From: an uncultured Gemmatimonadota bacterium
Lineage (GTDB): Bacteria > Blakebacterota > Blakebacteria > Blakebacterales > Blakebacteraceae
NCBI GenBank assembly: GCA_964576115.1
Contig: CAZNUA010000043.1
Coordinates: 1 to 29,984, forward strand
Length of the DNA stretch: 29,984 bases
Direction of reading: 5' to 3'
The first letter of the stretch is position 1. The number at the start of each line of letters is the position of its first letter. Positions 18,609 through 27,069 of this stretch are shown here, piece by piece. The translations under genes and the position numbers were made by a program. The notes below the pieces were generated by a model. That model was not told where the DNA came from and searched no databases. It saw only the letters and a list, made by a program, of their open reading frames with translations.

Positions 18609-18971
18609 CTACTCCCTCTCTTCCTCCCAGATTGCCATGACTCCTCCGGTTGGATCCTGAAAGATGCCAAAGGCGCCCATGCCGGGGATGGGGGTTTTAT
18701 CAACGACCGTTGTTCCTCCCAGTTCTTTCGCTTTCTCCAGCGTCGCAGCCACATCCTCAACGTGCGTATACACCAACCAGTGTGGAGGAATGTCGGGCTC
18801 GGGGGCTTTCATGATCCCCCCCTGGGGTTCGGTTCCAGGATCGATGATCCAGTATGTCCCCGATTCGGAGGGGTGCTCGATCCATTTCCAGTCGAAGATT
18901 TCGGCATAGAAGGCTTTCGCCCCCTCCAGATCGTGAGTCATCAACTCTATATGAGCGAATGCATTGGCCAT
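18609..18971 (-). CDS. VOC-family (glyoxalase/bleomycin-resistance/dioxygenase fold) protein, about 120 aa
   Basis: The C-terminal 120 aa of the long ORF 18609..19745 begin at an ATG with an AAGGAAA SD (MANAFAHIELMTHDLEGAKAFYAEIFDWKW…GMGAFGIFQDPTGGVMAIW). The upstream part of that ORF overlaps the 3' end of permease 2 and is a GC shadow. Confidence 0.8.
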   Translation of the reverse strand: MANAFAHIELMTHDLEGAKAFYAEIFDWKWIEHPSESGTYWIIDPGTEPQGGIMKAPEPDIPPHWLVYTHVEDVAATLEKAKELGGTTVVDKTPIPGMGAFGIFQDPTGGVMAIWEEERE

Positions 18972-19026
18972 GATTCCGTTTCCTTTCAGATCTGAGACAG
19001 TATCTGCCGACCGTATGACCTGAGGC

Positions 19027-19056
19027 ATATTACCCGGAACCGGAATCCGGTGACAA
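19027..19056 (-). promoter_or_regulatory. Candidate sigma70-type promoter for the VOC gene (minus strand TTGTCA-18-TAATAT) with a short hairpin ACCGGA-A-TCCGGT in the spacer
   Basis: Read from the minus strand of the 155-nt gap between the permease-2 stop and the VOC ATG, with about 50 nt of leader. The hairpin could instead be a weak terminator for permease 2. Confidence 0.3.
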
Positions 19057-19126
19057 GAATGATTTTCGTCTTTTTTTCGCCTCTCGGGATTCCGGTCCTG
19101 CTCCGCCCGGACGGCTCCCCGGCGTC

Positions 19127-21610
19127 TCACTCGTCCCGCAACGTGATCACCGGATCCACCCGGGCGGCGCGCAGGGCCGGCACCGCATTGGCCAGACCGG
19201 CGATGACGAAGAGGACGAGCAGGGCCAGGGCATACACGGGCAGGTGCAGGGCCCCGACCTCGAAGAGCACTCCCGACAGCAGACGAGCCGAGAGAGCGGC
19301 CCCGAGCAGACCGATCGCCCCCCCGATAAAAGCCAGCAGCAGGCCCCGGCCGACGACATGGCGCACGATGCCGCCTTTCGATGACCCCAAAGCGATCCGG
19401 ATCCCGATCTCGCGGTGCTGCTGTCCCGTCGAATAGGCAATGATACCGTACAGACCCACTGCAGCCAGCAGCAGAGCCAGCAGACCCAGCCCTCCGATCA
19501 GACCGGTCCCGGTCTGAATCGGGGAGAGGCTGAAGCGGGCGCTGTCGCGAATAGTGCCGACCTCGAAGAAGGAGATGGCCGGCTCCACCTCCCTGATGTC
19601 GGTCGCCAACCGGTCTACCAGGGGCGCGGCCTCGCCCCTGACCCTGACCATGATCGTTCCGGCCCGGGTTGGATACTGGGAGCGGCAGTAATGGACCATC
19701 GGCCGGGGTGCTTCGGTCACCGAGCGTACCTTGTAGTCGGCGCAAATCCCGATGACCTCGTAGGACGTCCCGGTCAGGCCGTCATTCCAGATCGTTTTCC
19801 CGACTGCACTCTCGCCGGGCCAGTAACGCCGGGCGAAGGCGCTGCTGACGACCACCACGCCGGGAGTGTCTTCGGTATCGGAGCGTCGAAACGACCGGCC
19901 GTTCAGGATCGGCACCCCGACGGTCTCGAAGTAGTCTTCGTCGGCTATGGTGATATCCTCCAGGTAGGGATCGTCCTCGGGACTCTGCTGGTGACCTTCC
20001 AGATAGAGATCGCGCGACCAGATGTTGAAAGAAAGAGGGGCCCGGGCTGTCACCGAGACCGCTTCCACGTCCGGCCGGCTGATGAGGATCTCCCGGAGGT
20101 GTTCAAAGAGCTGCTTGGCCCCTTCGGCATCGTACCCGATCATCTCGAGGCTGGTGCTGAAGACCGCCACCCGGTCGAGGTCCACCCCCGGATCCACGTC
20201 GCGGGCGTTGGCCAGACTCACGGCCATCAGGCCGGCCGCCACCAGCAGGAGGGTGGAAACAGCCAGCTGACCGACGACCAGGACGGTGCGCAGGCGTCCT
20301 CCCCGGCCCGGTCGAGAACCGAGGGCGGACATCTCTTTGAGATACGGCGTCAGATCGAGCCGGGCGGTCTGAAGAGCGGGCGCGAGACCGAACACGATTC
20401 CACTCACAGCCGTTGCCAGCAGGGCAAAAAGAAAAACCCGGCCGTCCATGACCAGCGCCATATCGATGCTGACGGTGAGCTGGGGCGGCTGCAGGACCGC
20501 GAGCAGCTGCACCAGCCAGACCGCCATCAGCAGCCCGGCCGCACCGCCCAGGACCGCCAGCAGGAGACTCTCGGTCAGCAGCTGGCGCATGATCCGTCGC
20601 GGGCCGGCCCCCAGGGCCAGGCGCACGGCGATCTCACGCCGGCGTCCGGCGGCCCGGGCCAGCAGCATGCCGGCAACATTGGCGCAGGCCACGAGCAGAA
20701 CCAGGCCTACCAGCCCGAGCAGGATCGCCGAAGCTCCGGAGACGACCGGATCGAGGGCGGGATGGATGCGCACGCTGCCGGCCGGCAGTACCCGCGCCTC
20801 CCGACCCTCGTTCGAGCCGGGATAGTCCTCGGCCAGAACCCCCATGATCGTTCCCAGTTCGGCCCGGACCGACTCGATGGCGACTCCTTCGGCCATCCGG
20901 CCGACCATGAACAGCCAGCGATTGCCCCGGCGTTCCATTCGGGTCTCGCCCGGCGAGGGTACGGTGTCGATCAGACCGCCCGGGTCCACCACCTCGGCCA
21001 TCATGGTCGGAATCCACATGGCCGCCCGCACGCTCGGGAAGCGGCCCCGGAATTCGGGCGGCGCCACGCCGATGATCGTGAAGGGGGTGCCGTTGAGGGT
21101 CAGCGTCTGCCCCGCTACATCGGGTGAACCCGCGAATTCCTCCTGCCAGTAGTCATAGCCGAGAACCGCCACCGGGTGAGCGCCGGGAGCCTCGTTCTCG
21201 GCCGGGGTGAACTCCCGCCCCAGAGCCATGGGGATACCCAGCAGGTCGAAATAATTATCGGTCACGATCTCGCCGGTCAGCAGTTCCGCCCGGCCTTCCC
21301 GGGTGACGTTGACGAACATCCCGGAATATCCGGCCAGGTCCTCGAGGGTGGTGCTCATCCGACGCAGATCGTGCCAGTCGGGGAGCGAGCTGGTGGAGTG
21401 TTCGATATTCAGCGAGGTGGTGTAGACCGATACCAGCCGGTCGGGATCGCGGGCCGGGAGCGGCTGCAGAAGCAGGGTGTTGATGACCGTGAACAGAGCC
21501 GTATTGGCCCCGATGCCGACCGCCAGGGTCAGCACCGCCACAATGGTGAACAGGGGCTGGGTGCGCAACATGCGTACCGCAAAGCGCAGGTCGGCGATCA
21601 GATCGTACAC
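19127..21610 (-). CDS. MacB/FtsX-like ABC-transporter permease (duplicated 'ADOP' type), orphan (no adjacent ATPase)
   Basis: 827 aa. GTG start (MYDLIADLRFAVRMLRTQPLFTIVAVL) with a GAGAGG SD. Two periplasmic domains and two FtsX modules. C-terminus AVPALRAARVDPVITLRDE. The antisense 570-aa ORF 19415..21127 is a shadow. Confidence 0.85.
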   Translation of the reverse strand: MYDLIADLRFAVRMLRTQPLFTIVAVLTLAVGIGANTALFTVINTLLLQPLPARDPDRLVSVYTTSLNIEHSTSSLPDWHDLRRMSTTLEDLAGYSGMFVNVTREGRAELLTGEIVTDNYFDLLGIPMALGREFTPAENEAPGAHPVAVLGYDYWQEEFAGSPDVAGQTLTLNGTPFTIIGVAPPEFRGRFPSVRAAMWIPTMMAEVVDPGGLIDTVPSPGETRMERRGNRWLFMVGRMAEGVAIESVRAELGTIMGVLAEDYPGSNEGREARVLPAGSVRIHPALDPVVSGASAILLGLVGLVLLVACANVAGMLLARAAGRRREIAVRLALGAGPRRIMRQLLTESLLLAVLGGAAGLLMAVWLVQLLAVLQPPQLTVSIDMALVMDGRVFLFALLATAVSGIVFGLAPALQTARLDLTPYLKEMSALGSRPGRGGRLRTVLVVGQLAVSTLLLVAAGLMAVSLANARDVDPGVDLDRVAVFSTSLEMIGYDAEGAKQLFEHLREILISRPDVEAVSVTARAPLSFNIWSRDLYLEGHQQSPEDDPYLEDITIADEDYFETVGVPILNGRSFRRSDTEDTPGVVVVSSAFARRYWPGESAVGKTIWNDGLTGTSYEVIGICADYKVRSVTEAPRPMVHYCRSQYPTRAGTIMVRVRGEAAPLVDRLATDIREVEPAISFFEVGTIRDSARFSLSPIQTGTGLIGGLGLLALLLAAVGLYGIIAYSTGQQHREIGIRIALGSSKGGIVRHVVGRGLLLAFIGGAIGLLGAALSARLLSGVLFEVGALHLPVYALALLVLFVIAGLANAVPALRAARVDPVITLRDE

Positions 21611-21655
21611 GGCTGCCTCTCAGTCCGGAGAAGAGGGCCCCCACGAGGTCGCTTC

Positions 21656-21684
21656 CATTACATGACCCGCCCGTTCGCCTGTCA
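21656..21684 (-). promoter_or_regulatory. Near-consensus sigma70-type promoter for permease 2: TTGACA-17-TGTAAT (minus strand)
   Basis: The minus strand reads cattgacaggcgaacgggcgggtcatgtaatggaag. Perfect -35, 17-nt spacer, 5/6 -10. About 45 nt upstream of the GTG start. Confidence 0.4.
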
Positions 21685-21868
21685 ATGTTCCCCCGTGATA
21701 TAAACCTGAGAAACCTCTGGTTCAACCCGATCCGCCATCGCGCGGCATCGCGAGAGAATACATGTTCCGCCCCTGACCGCCCGGGAGTACCATGCCCGCA
21801 GCAGGGATATCCCGGTTGCCGGTGTCATCTCGGGCGACGTCATAGAGGGTACGAGGAGGGTCAGAGAT

Positions 21869-23089
21869 ATGATCGACCGATCGCGCCCACCACGTATCGG
21901 CCGGAGCGAGCGAATCTGCACCTGCCTGGTCTTTCTCCTCGGTCTGCTCTGGTCGGCACCGCTGCCCGCACAGGACCCCCCGGTTCTGCCTCCCGAGCGG
22001 GTCGAGGCCCTGACCGCCCGGCTGCAGGCGTATCTCGATTCGGTTCACGCCGCCGGTTCCTTCCCCGGCGCCAACGTTGCCGTGCGCTTGCCCGACGGCA
22101 CTCTGATCGCGATCTCGACCGGGGTTCGGGATCGGGATAGCGGTGTTCCCCTCACCCCCGCCGACCGTATGCCGGCGGGTAGTGTCGGCAAGACCTTTTT
22201 CGGGGCGGTGGCGCTGCAGCTCGTATCCGAAGGCGCCCTCGACCTCGAGGCACCGATCAGCCGGTATCTGGGCACCGAGGCATGGTTCGAACGTCTGCCG
22301 AATGCGCCCGGTGTAACCGTTCGCCAGCTCATGAACCACTCGAGTGGGATCGTGCGTTACGAGTTCAATCCCCGGTTTCTGGAAGACCTGTTGGCCGACC
22401 CCTACCGTGTCTGGCGTCCCGAAGAGCAGCTCGCCTATCTCTTCGATTCCGAGGCCCCCTTTGCAGCCGGTCAAGGCTGGACCTATTCGGACACCAACTA
22501 CATCCTCCTGGCCATGATCGTGGAGCGGATTACGAGCGCCCCGGCCTATGACGAGATCCAGCGTCGGATCCTGAGTCCGCTCGGGCTTCTCGACACCATC
22601 CCCTCCGACCGGCCCGAGATCCCCCGGCTGGTCCAGGGGTACGCCGGCGACGGCAATCCCTTCGGTGGCCGGGACGAGATGCTCGACGAGCAGGGTCGGA
22701 TGGCCATCAATCCCGGTTTCGAGTGGGGAGGCGGCGGTTTCGCCTCGACCGCCCGCGAGCTGGCTCGCTGGACGGCCGACATCTACGAGGGCCGGGCCTG
22801 GGATCCCGCCCTGATCGAGGAGGTGACCACCGGGGTGCCGGCGCGCGAACTCGGCCGGGGGGTGGAGTACGGCCTGACCACGATCATCCGCAACCTGCCG
22901 GCGGGCCGGATATGGGGTCACAGCGGGTACTTCCCCGGCTATCTGACCGAGACGTATTACTTCCCGGAGTACGGAATCAGCGTGGCGGTTCAGGTCAATA
23001 CCAGTGTGGCCCGGGCGGTGGGACGGAGTCTGCTCCGGATCGTCAACGATCTGGCCGCCCTGACGATCGCTGAATTTCCGGAGAGATGA
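21869..23089 (+). CDS. Beta-lactamase-family serine hydrolase (class C / esterase EstB-like / PBP-like), secreted
   Basis: 406 aa. AGGAGG SD 9 nt upstream. Signal peptide. SxxK (AGSVGKTF), YxN (YSDTNY) and KTG-like (GHSGY) motifs. The antisense ORF 21722..22921 is a shadow. Confidence 0.8.
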   Translation: MIDRSRPPRIGRSERICTCLVFLLGLLWSAPLPAQDPPVLPPERVEALTARLQAYLDSVHAAGSFPGANVAVRLPDGTLIAISTGVRDRDSGVPLTPADRMPAGSVGKTFFGAVALQLVSEGALDLEAPISRYLGTEAWFERLPNAPGVTVRQLMNHSSGIVRYEFNPRFLEDLLADPYRVWRPEEQLAYLFDSEAPFAAGQGWTYSDTNYILLAMIVERITSAPAYDEIQRRILSPLGLLDTIPSDRPEIPRLVQGYAGDGNPFGGRDEMLDEQGRMAINPGFEWGGGGFASTARELARWTADIYEGRAWDPALIEEVTTGVPARELGRGVEYGLTTIIRNLPAGRIWGHSGYFPGYLTETYYFPEYGISVAVQVNTSVARAVGRSLLRIVNDLAALTIAEFPER

Positions 23090-23459
23090 CGATCGGATCG
23101 GTCGGGGGGTGTTCGATCGCCCGCTTCAGAGTCCGATCGATCCGGGTCCAGGAGGTATAGGCGGCGTCGGGCAGCAGGGCCCGAACCCGTTCGGTTTGCT
23201 CGAGGTCGCCCTCGATGAATACCAGGGGGATATGGCGGGTACCGGCATTGTGCCGCATGGCCACGCCCACATCGCGGCCCTGAGAGGGGGCCCGAATCAG
23301 ATCGATGATACAGGCTGCGGGTGGATCAGCGCTCATCTCCTTGAGCGAGGGTTGCCCCTCGAAGGGATGCGTATCCACCTCGTATCCGGAAGCTTGTAGT
23401 TCCCCGGCCCGTTTTTCGGCGGCAGTCGTATCCCAGATGACCAATCTGACACGATACAT
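23043..23459 (-). CDS. Stand-alone receiver (CheY-like)-domain protein, degenerate (acidic pocket partly lost)
   Basis: About 139 aa from the ATG MYRVRLVIWDTT… with a GGGGGG SD. Receiver-like pattern RLVIWD…AACIIDLIRAPSQGRDVGVAMRH…IPLVFIEGD…LKRA. The 3' end overlaps the convergent beta-lactamase-family gene by about 47 nt. Confidence 0.5.
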   Translation of the reverse strand: MYRVRLVIWDTTAAEKRAGELQASGYEVDTHPFEGQPSLKEMSADPPAACIIDLIRAPSQGRDVGVAMRHNAGTRHIPLVFIEGDLEQTERVRALLPDAAYTSWTRIDRTLKRAIEHPPTDPIVISPEIQRSSGRPDR

Positions 23460-23566
23460 TGCCATTCCCCCCAACTGTGCCCATACCATTCGCTCTACCG
23501 GGCCAGTCTTTAGTACGGCCCGAAGAGTCGACTTGTTGCTGAAACCCGCTCCGGTATTGCGTCGTA

Positions 23567-23597
23567 TTGTCAGATACCTTAATGAATTAGGTATGAT
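23567..23597 (+). promoter_or_regulatory. PadR promoter/operator: TTGTCA-19-TATGAT with the inverted repeat ATACCT-N9-AGGTAT filling the spacer; GTATTG direct repeat just upstream
   Basis: AT-rich island cgtcgtattgtcagataccttaatgaattaggtatgatact, about 45 nt upstream of the PadR ATG. 6-bp perfect inverted arms. Classic autoregulatory layout. Confidence 0.45.
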
Positions 23598-23641
23598 ACT
23601 CCACGGCTTCAGCTGACTCGTGCATCCGGACGGGGGCGAAT

Positions 23642-23974
23642 ATGAGCGGCAGCGATATCTTTACCGGCACTCTCGACCTGCTGATCCTCAAGGCGGTGGC
23701 CCGCGAACCCCTGCACGGCTATGCCATCGGCCGCTGGATCAGGCAGCAGAGCCGGGAGACCCTGCAGATCGAGGAAGGCGCCCTGTATCCCGCCCTGCAC
23801 CGGCTTGAGGGCAAAGGCCTGCTGAGCAGCGACTGGGGCGCGAGCGAGACCGGCCGCCGGGCCAAGTTTTACGCTCTCACCCCCGCCGGGCGGACCGCCC
23901 TGGTCACCGATGAGGAGCGCTGGCTGGCTCACTCCGAGGCCGTACGCACCGTACTCCGGGGCGCGGAGTCCTGA
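23642..23974 (+). CDS. PadR-family transcriptional regulator
   Basis: 110 aa. LDLLILKAVAREPLHGYAIGRWIRQQS…EEGALYPALHRLEGKGLLSSDW…KFYALTPAGR is the canonical PadR winged HTH. GGGGG SD 6 nt upstream. Confidence 0.85.
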   Translation: MSGSDIFTGTLDLLILKAVAREPLHGYAIGRWIRQQSRETLQIEEGALYPALHRLEGKGLLSSDWGASETGRRAKFYALTPAGRTALVTDEERWLAHSEAVRTVLRGAES

Positions 23975-24127
23975 ACCGTTCATATATCGTTCGTGTGATC
24001 CGGGAACGGGCGGCGCCGTACCGGAAACGAGAAAGAGATTAGTCACTCCGGTTTCAAACGCCTATCGTATCGGTCGTGAACCGGGCCGGAGAGCCCCCTC
24101 TCGTCACCCCGACCGAACAGAAAAGTC

Positions 24128-25843
24128 ATGACCGATCTTTCCTCCCTCGATTTCGCCGCCCTGCGCTCCGAGACCGTCGGTATCGACTGCCCGATCACCA
24201 CCCCCTTCGGGGAGCGTCTGATGGTGTACTGCGATTACACCGCCTCGGGCCGCTGCCTGGGTTTCATCGAGCGCTACCTGCAGTCGCTGCAGCGCAACTA
24301 CGCCAACACCCACACCGAGGATGACATCACCGGGCGCAGCATGACCCAGCTGCTCCACACCGCCGAGACGATCATCAAAGAGAGCGTCAACGCCGGCCCG
24401 CAGGGACGGATCATCGCCGTGGGGACCGGCTCGACCGGGGCGATCGACCGATTCCAGCAATTGATCGGAGTCGCCTATCCGCCGGTGACCGGAGAGCGTC
24501 TGCTGACCCTGCTGGGAGAGTTCATGGGCCCGGAGAAAGTGCCCGATTTCCACACCCTGCTGGCCGAGCGCCGACCGGTGGTCTTCATCGGCCCGTACGA
24601 GCATCACTCCAACGAGATCACCTGGCGGCAGGGGATCGCTACCGTGGTCGAGATCGGTCTCGACCCCGACGGCGGGACCGATCTGGCCCAACTCGAAGCA
24701 CTGTTGCAGACAGAAGAATGGCAGGGACGCATGCGGATCGGTTCGTTTTCGGCGGCCTCGAATGTGACCGGGCGGCGCACCCCGGTCCGCGAGGTCACCG
24801 CCCTGCTCCACCGCTACGACGCCCTGGCCTGTTTCGATTACGCCGCCTGCGCGCCTTACGTGGAGATCGACATGAACCCGCCGGCCGAGGACGGCGAGGA
24901 TGCCTCGATCGACGCTGTCTTTCTCTCACCTCACAAGTTCCTCGGCGGGCCGGGCTCGCCGGGCATCCTGGTCTTCAACGAAAAGCTCTACCGCCGCGAC
25001 CTGCCCCCCACCATCGGCGGAGGCGGAACGGTGGCCTTCGTGGGACCGCACACGCACGACTACCTCGAGGATATCGAGGCGCGCGAGAAGGCCGGCACCC
25101 CGGGGGTACTGCAGGTGCTCAAGGCCGCCCTGGCTTTTCAGGTCAAGGATGCGGTCGGGGTCGAGCGCATCGAGGCCCGCGAAGCCGAACTGCTCGAGCG
25201 GGCGATGGAGCGCCTGGCGGCTCACGAGCGGATCGAGATCCTCGGTAATCCCGATCCCCGCCACCGGATCGGCATCATCTCCTTCAATATCCGTTCCGGT
25301 GAGGGACGCTACCTGCACCCCAAGTTCGTGACCGTCTTTCTGAACGATCTCTTCGGCATCCAGACCCGGGCGGGTTGTTCGTGTGCCGGCCCCTATGCCC
25401 ACCGTCTGCTCGGGCTCGACGAGGAAACCTCGGAGCGGTTCCGGAACCAGGTCCGGGAGGGCTATGAAGGTATCAAGCCGGGCTGGTGCCGGCTGGGCCT
25501 GCACTACGCCATGGATGACGCCGAGGCCGACTATGTGATCTCGGCGGTGGAGTTCGCGGCCTCGTACGGGCACCGGTTCCTGCCGCTCTACGATTTCGAT
25601 CCCGTCACGGGGGGATGGTCATACCGCGGATACGAGGACACGCCCGAGGCTTTCGGACTGACGGCCGCTCTCGAAGCCGAGAGCCCGGGGAACGGGTGCG
25701 TGGCACCGGAGGAAAGAACCCGGCTCTATGAGTCCTACCTGGATGAGGCCCGGGCCCGGGCCGGGGAACTCGAGGCTGAACCGGCTATGGAGAGGACCGT
25801 CCTCGACGGCCGTTTCGGCGACCTGCAGTACTTCCCGGTCTGA
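24128..25843 (+). CDS. Class V PLP-dependent enzyme, group-II cysteine-desulfurase (SufS/CsdA)-like with N- and C-terminal extensions
   Basis: 571 aa. SFSAASNVTGRRTPVREV, PLP-lysine LSPHKFLGGPGSPGILVF, active-site cysteine loop TRAGCSCAGPYAHRLLGL (RxGxxCAxP). About 100-aa C-terminal tail beyond the usual SufS length. Confidence 0.8.
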   Translation: MTDLSSLDFAALRSETVGIDCPITTPFGERLMVYCDYTASGRCLGFIERYLQSLQRNYANTHTEDDITGRSMTQLLHTAETIIKESVNAGPQGRIIAVGTGSTGAIDRFQQLIGVAYPPVTGERLLTLLGEFMGPEKVPDFHTLLAERRPVVFIGPYEHHSNEITWRQGIATVVEIGLDPDGGTDLAQLEALLQTEEWQGRMRIGSFSAASNVTGRRTPVREVTALLHRYDALACFDYAACAPYVEIDMNPPAEDGEDASIDAVFLSPHKFLGGPGSPGILVFNEKLYRRDLPPTIGGGGTVAFVGPHTHDYLEDIEAREKAGTPGVLQVLKAALAFQVKDAVGVERIEAREAELLERAMERLAAHERIEILGNPDPRHRIGIISFNIRSGEGRYLHPKFVTVFLNDLFGIQTRAGCSCAGPYAHRLLGLDEETSERFRNQVREGYEGIKPGWCRLGLHYAMDDAEADYVISAVEFAASYGHRFLPLYDFDPVTGGWSYRGYEDTPEAFGLTAALEAESPGNGCVAPEERTRLYESYLDEARARAGELEAEPAMERTVLDGRFGDLQYFPV

Positions 25844-25899
25844 ACGTCCCGGTCAGCCGGATTCGGTTAGCGAAACGAACCGGAACCCCGGGGAACGGC

Positions 25900-27069
25900 T
25901 CACTCCGGCCGCAGGTGCCGACGCACGAAGAGCCGTATCCCGAGAACGAAGAAGATGATCGTCAGGACCGCAATCCAGCCCAGTTCCCACGTCACCTCCC
26001 CCACCCCGGCGCCGTGGTTCATGATCTTGCCCAGGGCCGCCGTGGCGTGGGTGGTGGGCAGCAGATCGTTGATCGTCACGGTGTGCCCGGCCAGGGCGAA
26101 GAGGCGGGGTTCGGGCAGGGGGAAGAGACCGCCGGAAAAGAACATCAGGACGAAAAAGGGGAAGCAGCCCACCGTCATGAGATCGAAGATGGTGCGCAGC
26201 CAGGCCGCCACCAGCACGCCGATGGCCACGATCGAGAGGGCAGCGGCTACCGTGACGACCAGCGCGGCCGACAACGAAAAGGCGGCCCGGTAGCCGAGCG
26301 CTGCCGCGGTCAGCCAGGTCAGGCCGACCGCCGCCACTCCGAGTACGATCTGGACCAGACCGACCGAGACCAGCCACTCCCAGGCCGGCAGGGCCGCGAT
26401 GCGCAGGCGCACCAGGGTGCCCTTGTCCTTTTCTCTGATCAGCGAGGCAGCCGCAGTGAACATGAGCATCATCAGCGCCAGTACCAGCAGGCCCGGCACG
26501 TAGAGATCGAAATCGGAAAGCGAGCTGATCCCCCCTGTCGTCTGCGGATCGAGGAGGATGGGAATGTCCAGTTCCAGCACCCCGGCGGCGTACTCCCAGA
26601 CTGTCATGTCGCTCCAGACCGCGGCCATGAGGTAACCGGCATTGGCGGGATCGCCCCAGCTGCGAACCGTCACCGGTCCCGCCTGCTCGCCCCTGCGGTG
26701 GGCCTGCAGAGTGCGGGAAAAATCGGCCGGGATCTCGACCACCAGGTCGGCCTCCCGATCGCGCAGGGCGGCCCGGGCCGGACCGATCTCGTCGTAGGTA
26801 CGCAGGGTGAGCACCGTCCCGCCCTCGTCGGATTTCACCGCCTCGAGAGCCGCAATCAGTTCGTCGCCGCCCCTGAACTCAACGCCCCCCGGTCCGGACA
26901 CGGCGTCATCCCGGCTCACGACGGCGAGGGTGTACGAGGGGGTCATCTCCCCGAAGTAGAAATGCATCAGCACCACGAAGAAGGGAGCGAAAGCCAGCGT
27001 CATGCCGGCGATTTTCCAGTCGCGGAAGTTCTCGATCGCGGTCTTGTAGATCAGGCTCGCGAATCTCAT
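25900..27069 (-). CDS. ABC-2 type transporter permease
   Basis: 389 aa. TM1, a roughly 150-aa extracytoplasmic loop, then 5 C-terminal TM helices. ATGA overlap with the upstream ATPase gene. Confidence 0.8.
   Translation of the reverse strand: MRFASLIYKTAIENFRDWKIAGMTLAFAPFFVVLMHFYFGEMTPSYTLAVVSRDDAVSGPGGVEFRGGDELIAALEAVKSDEGGTVLTLRTYDEIGPARAALRDREADLVVEIPADFSRTLQAHRRGEQAGPVTVRSWGDPANAGYLMAAVWSDMTVWEYAAGVLELDIPILLDPQTTGGISSLSDFDLYVPGLLVLALMMLMFTAAASLIREKDKGTLVRLRIAALPAWEWLVSVGLVQIVLGVAAVGLTWLTAAALGYRAAFSLSAALVVTVAAALSIVAIGVLVAAWLRTIFDLMTVGCFPFFVLMFFSGGLFPLPEPRLFALAGHTVTINDLLPTTHATAALGKIMNHGAGVGEVTWELGWIAVLTIIFFVLGIRLFVRRHLRPE

Noticed and set aside
18972-19745. N-terminal 258 aa of the 378-aa ORF 18609..19745
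   Set aside because: Arg/Gly/Pro-rich nonsense overlapping the 3' end of permease 2 in another frame. The real gene is the 120-aa VOC protein, which starts at an internal ATG with a good SD.
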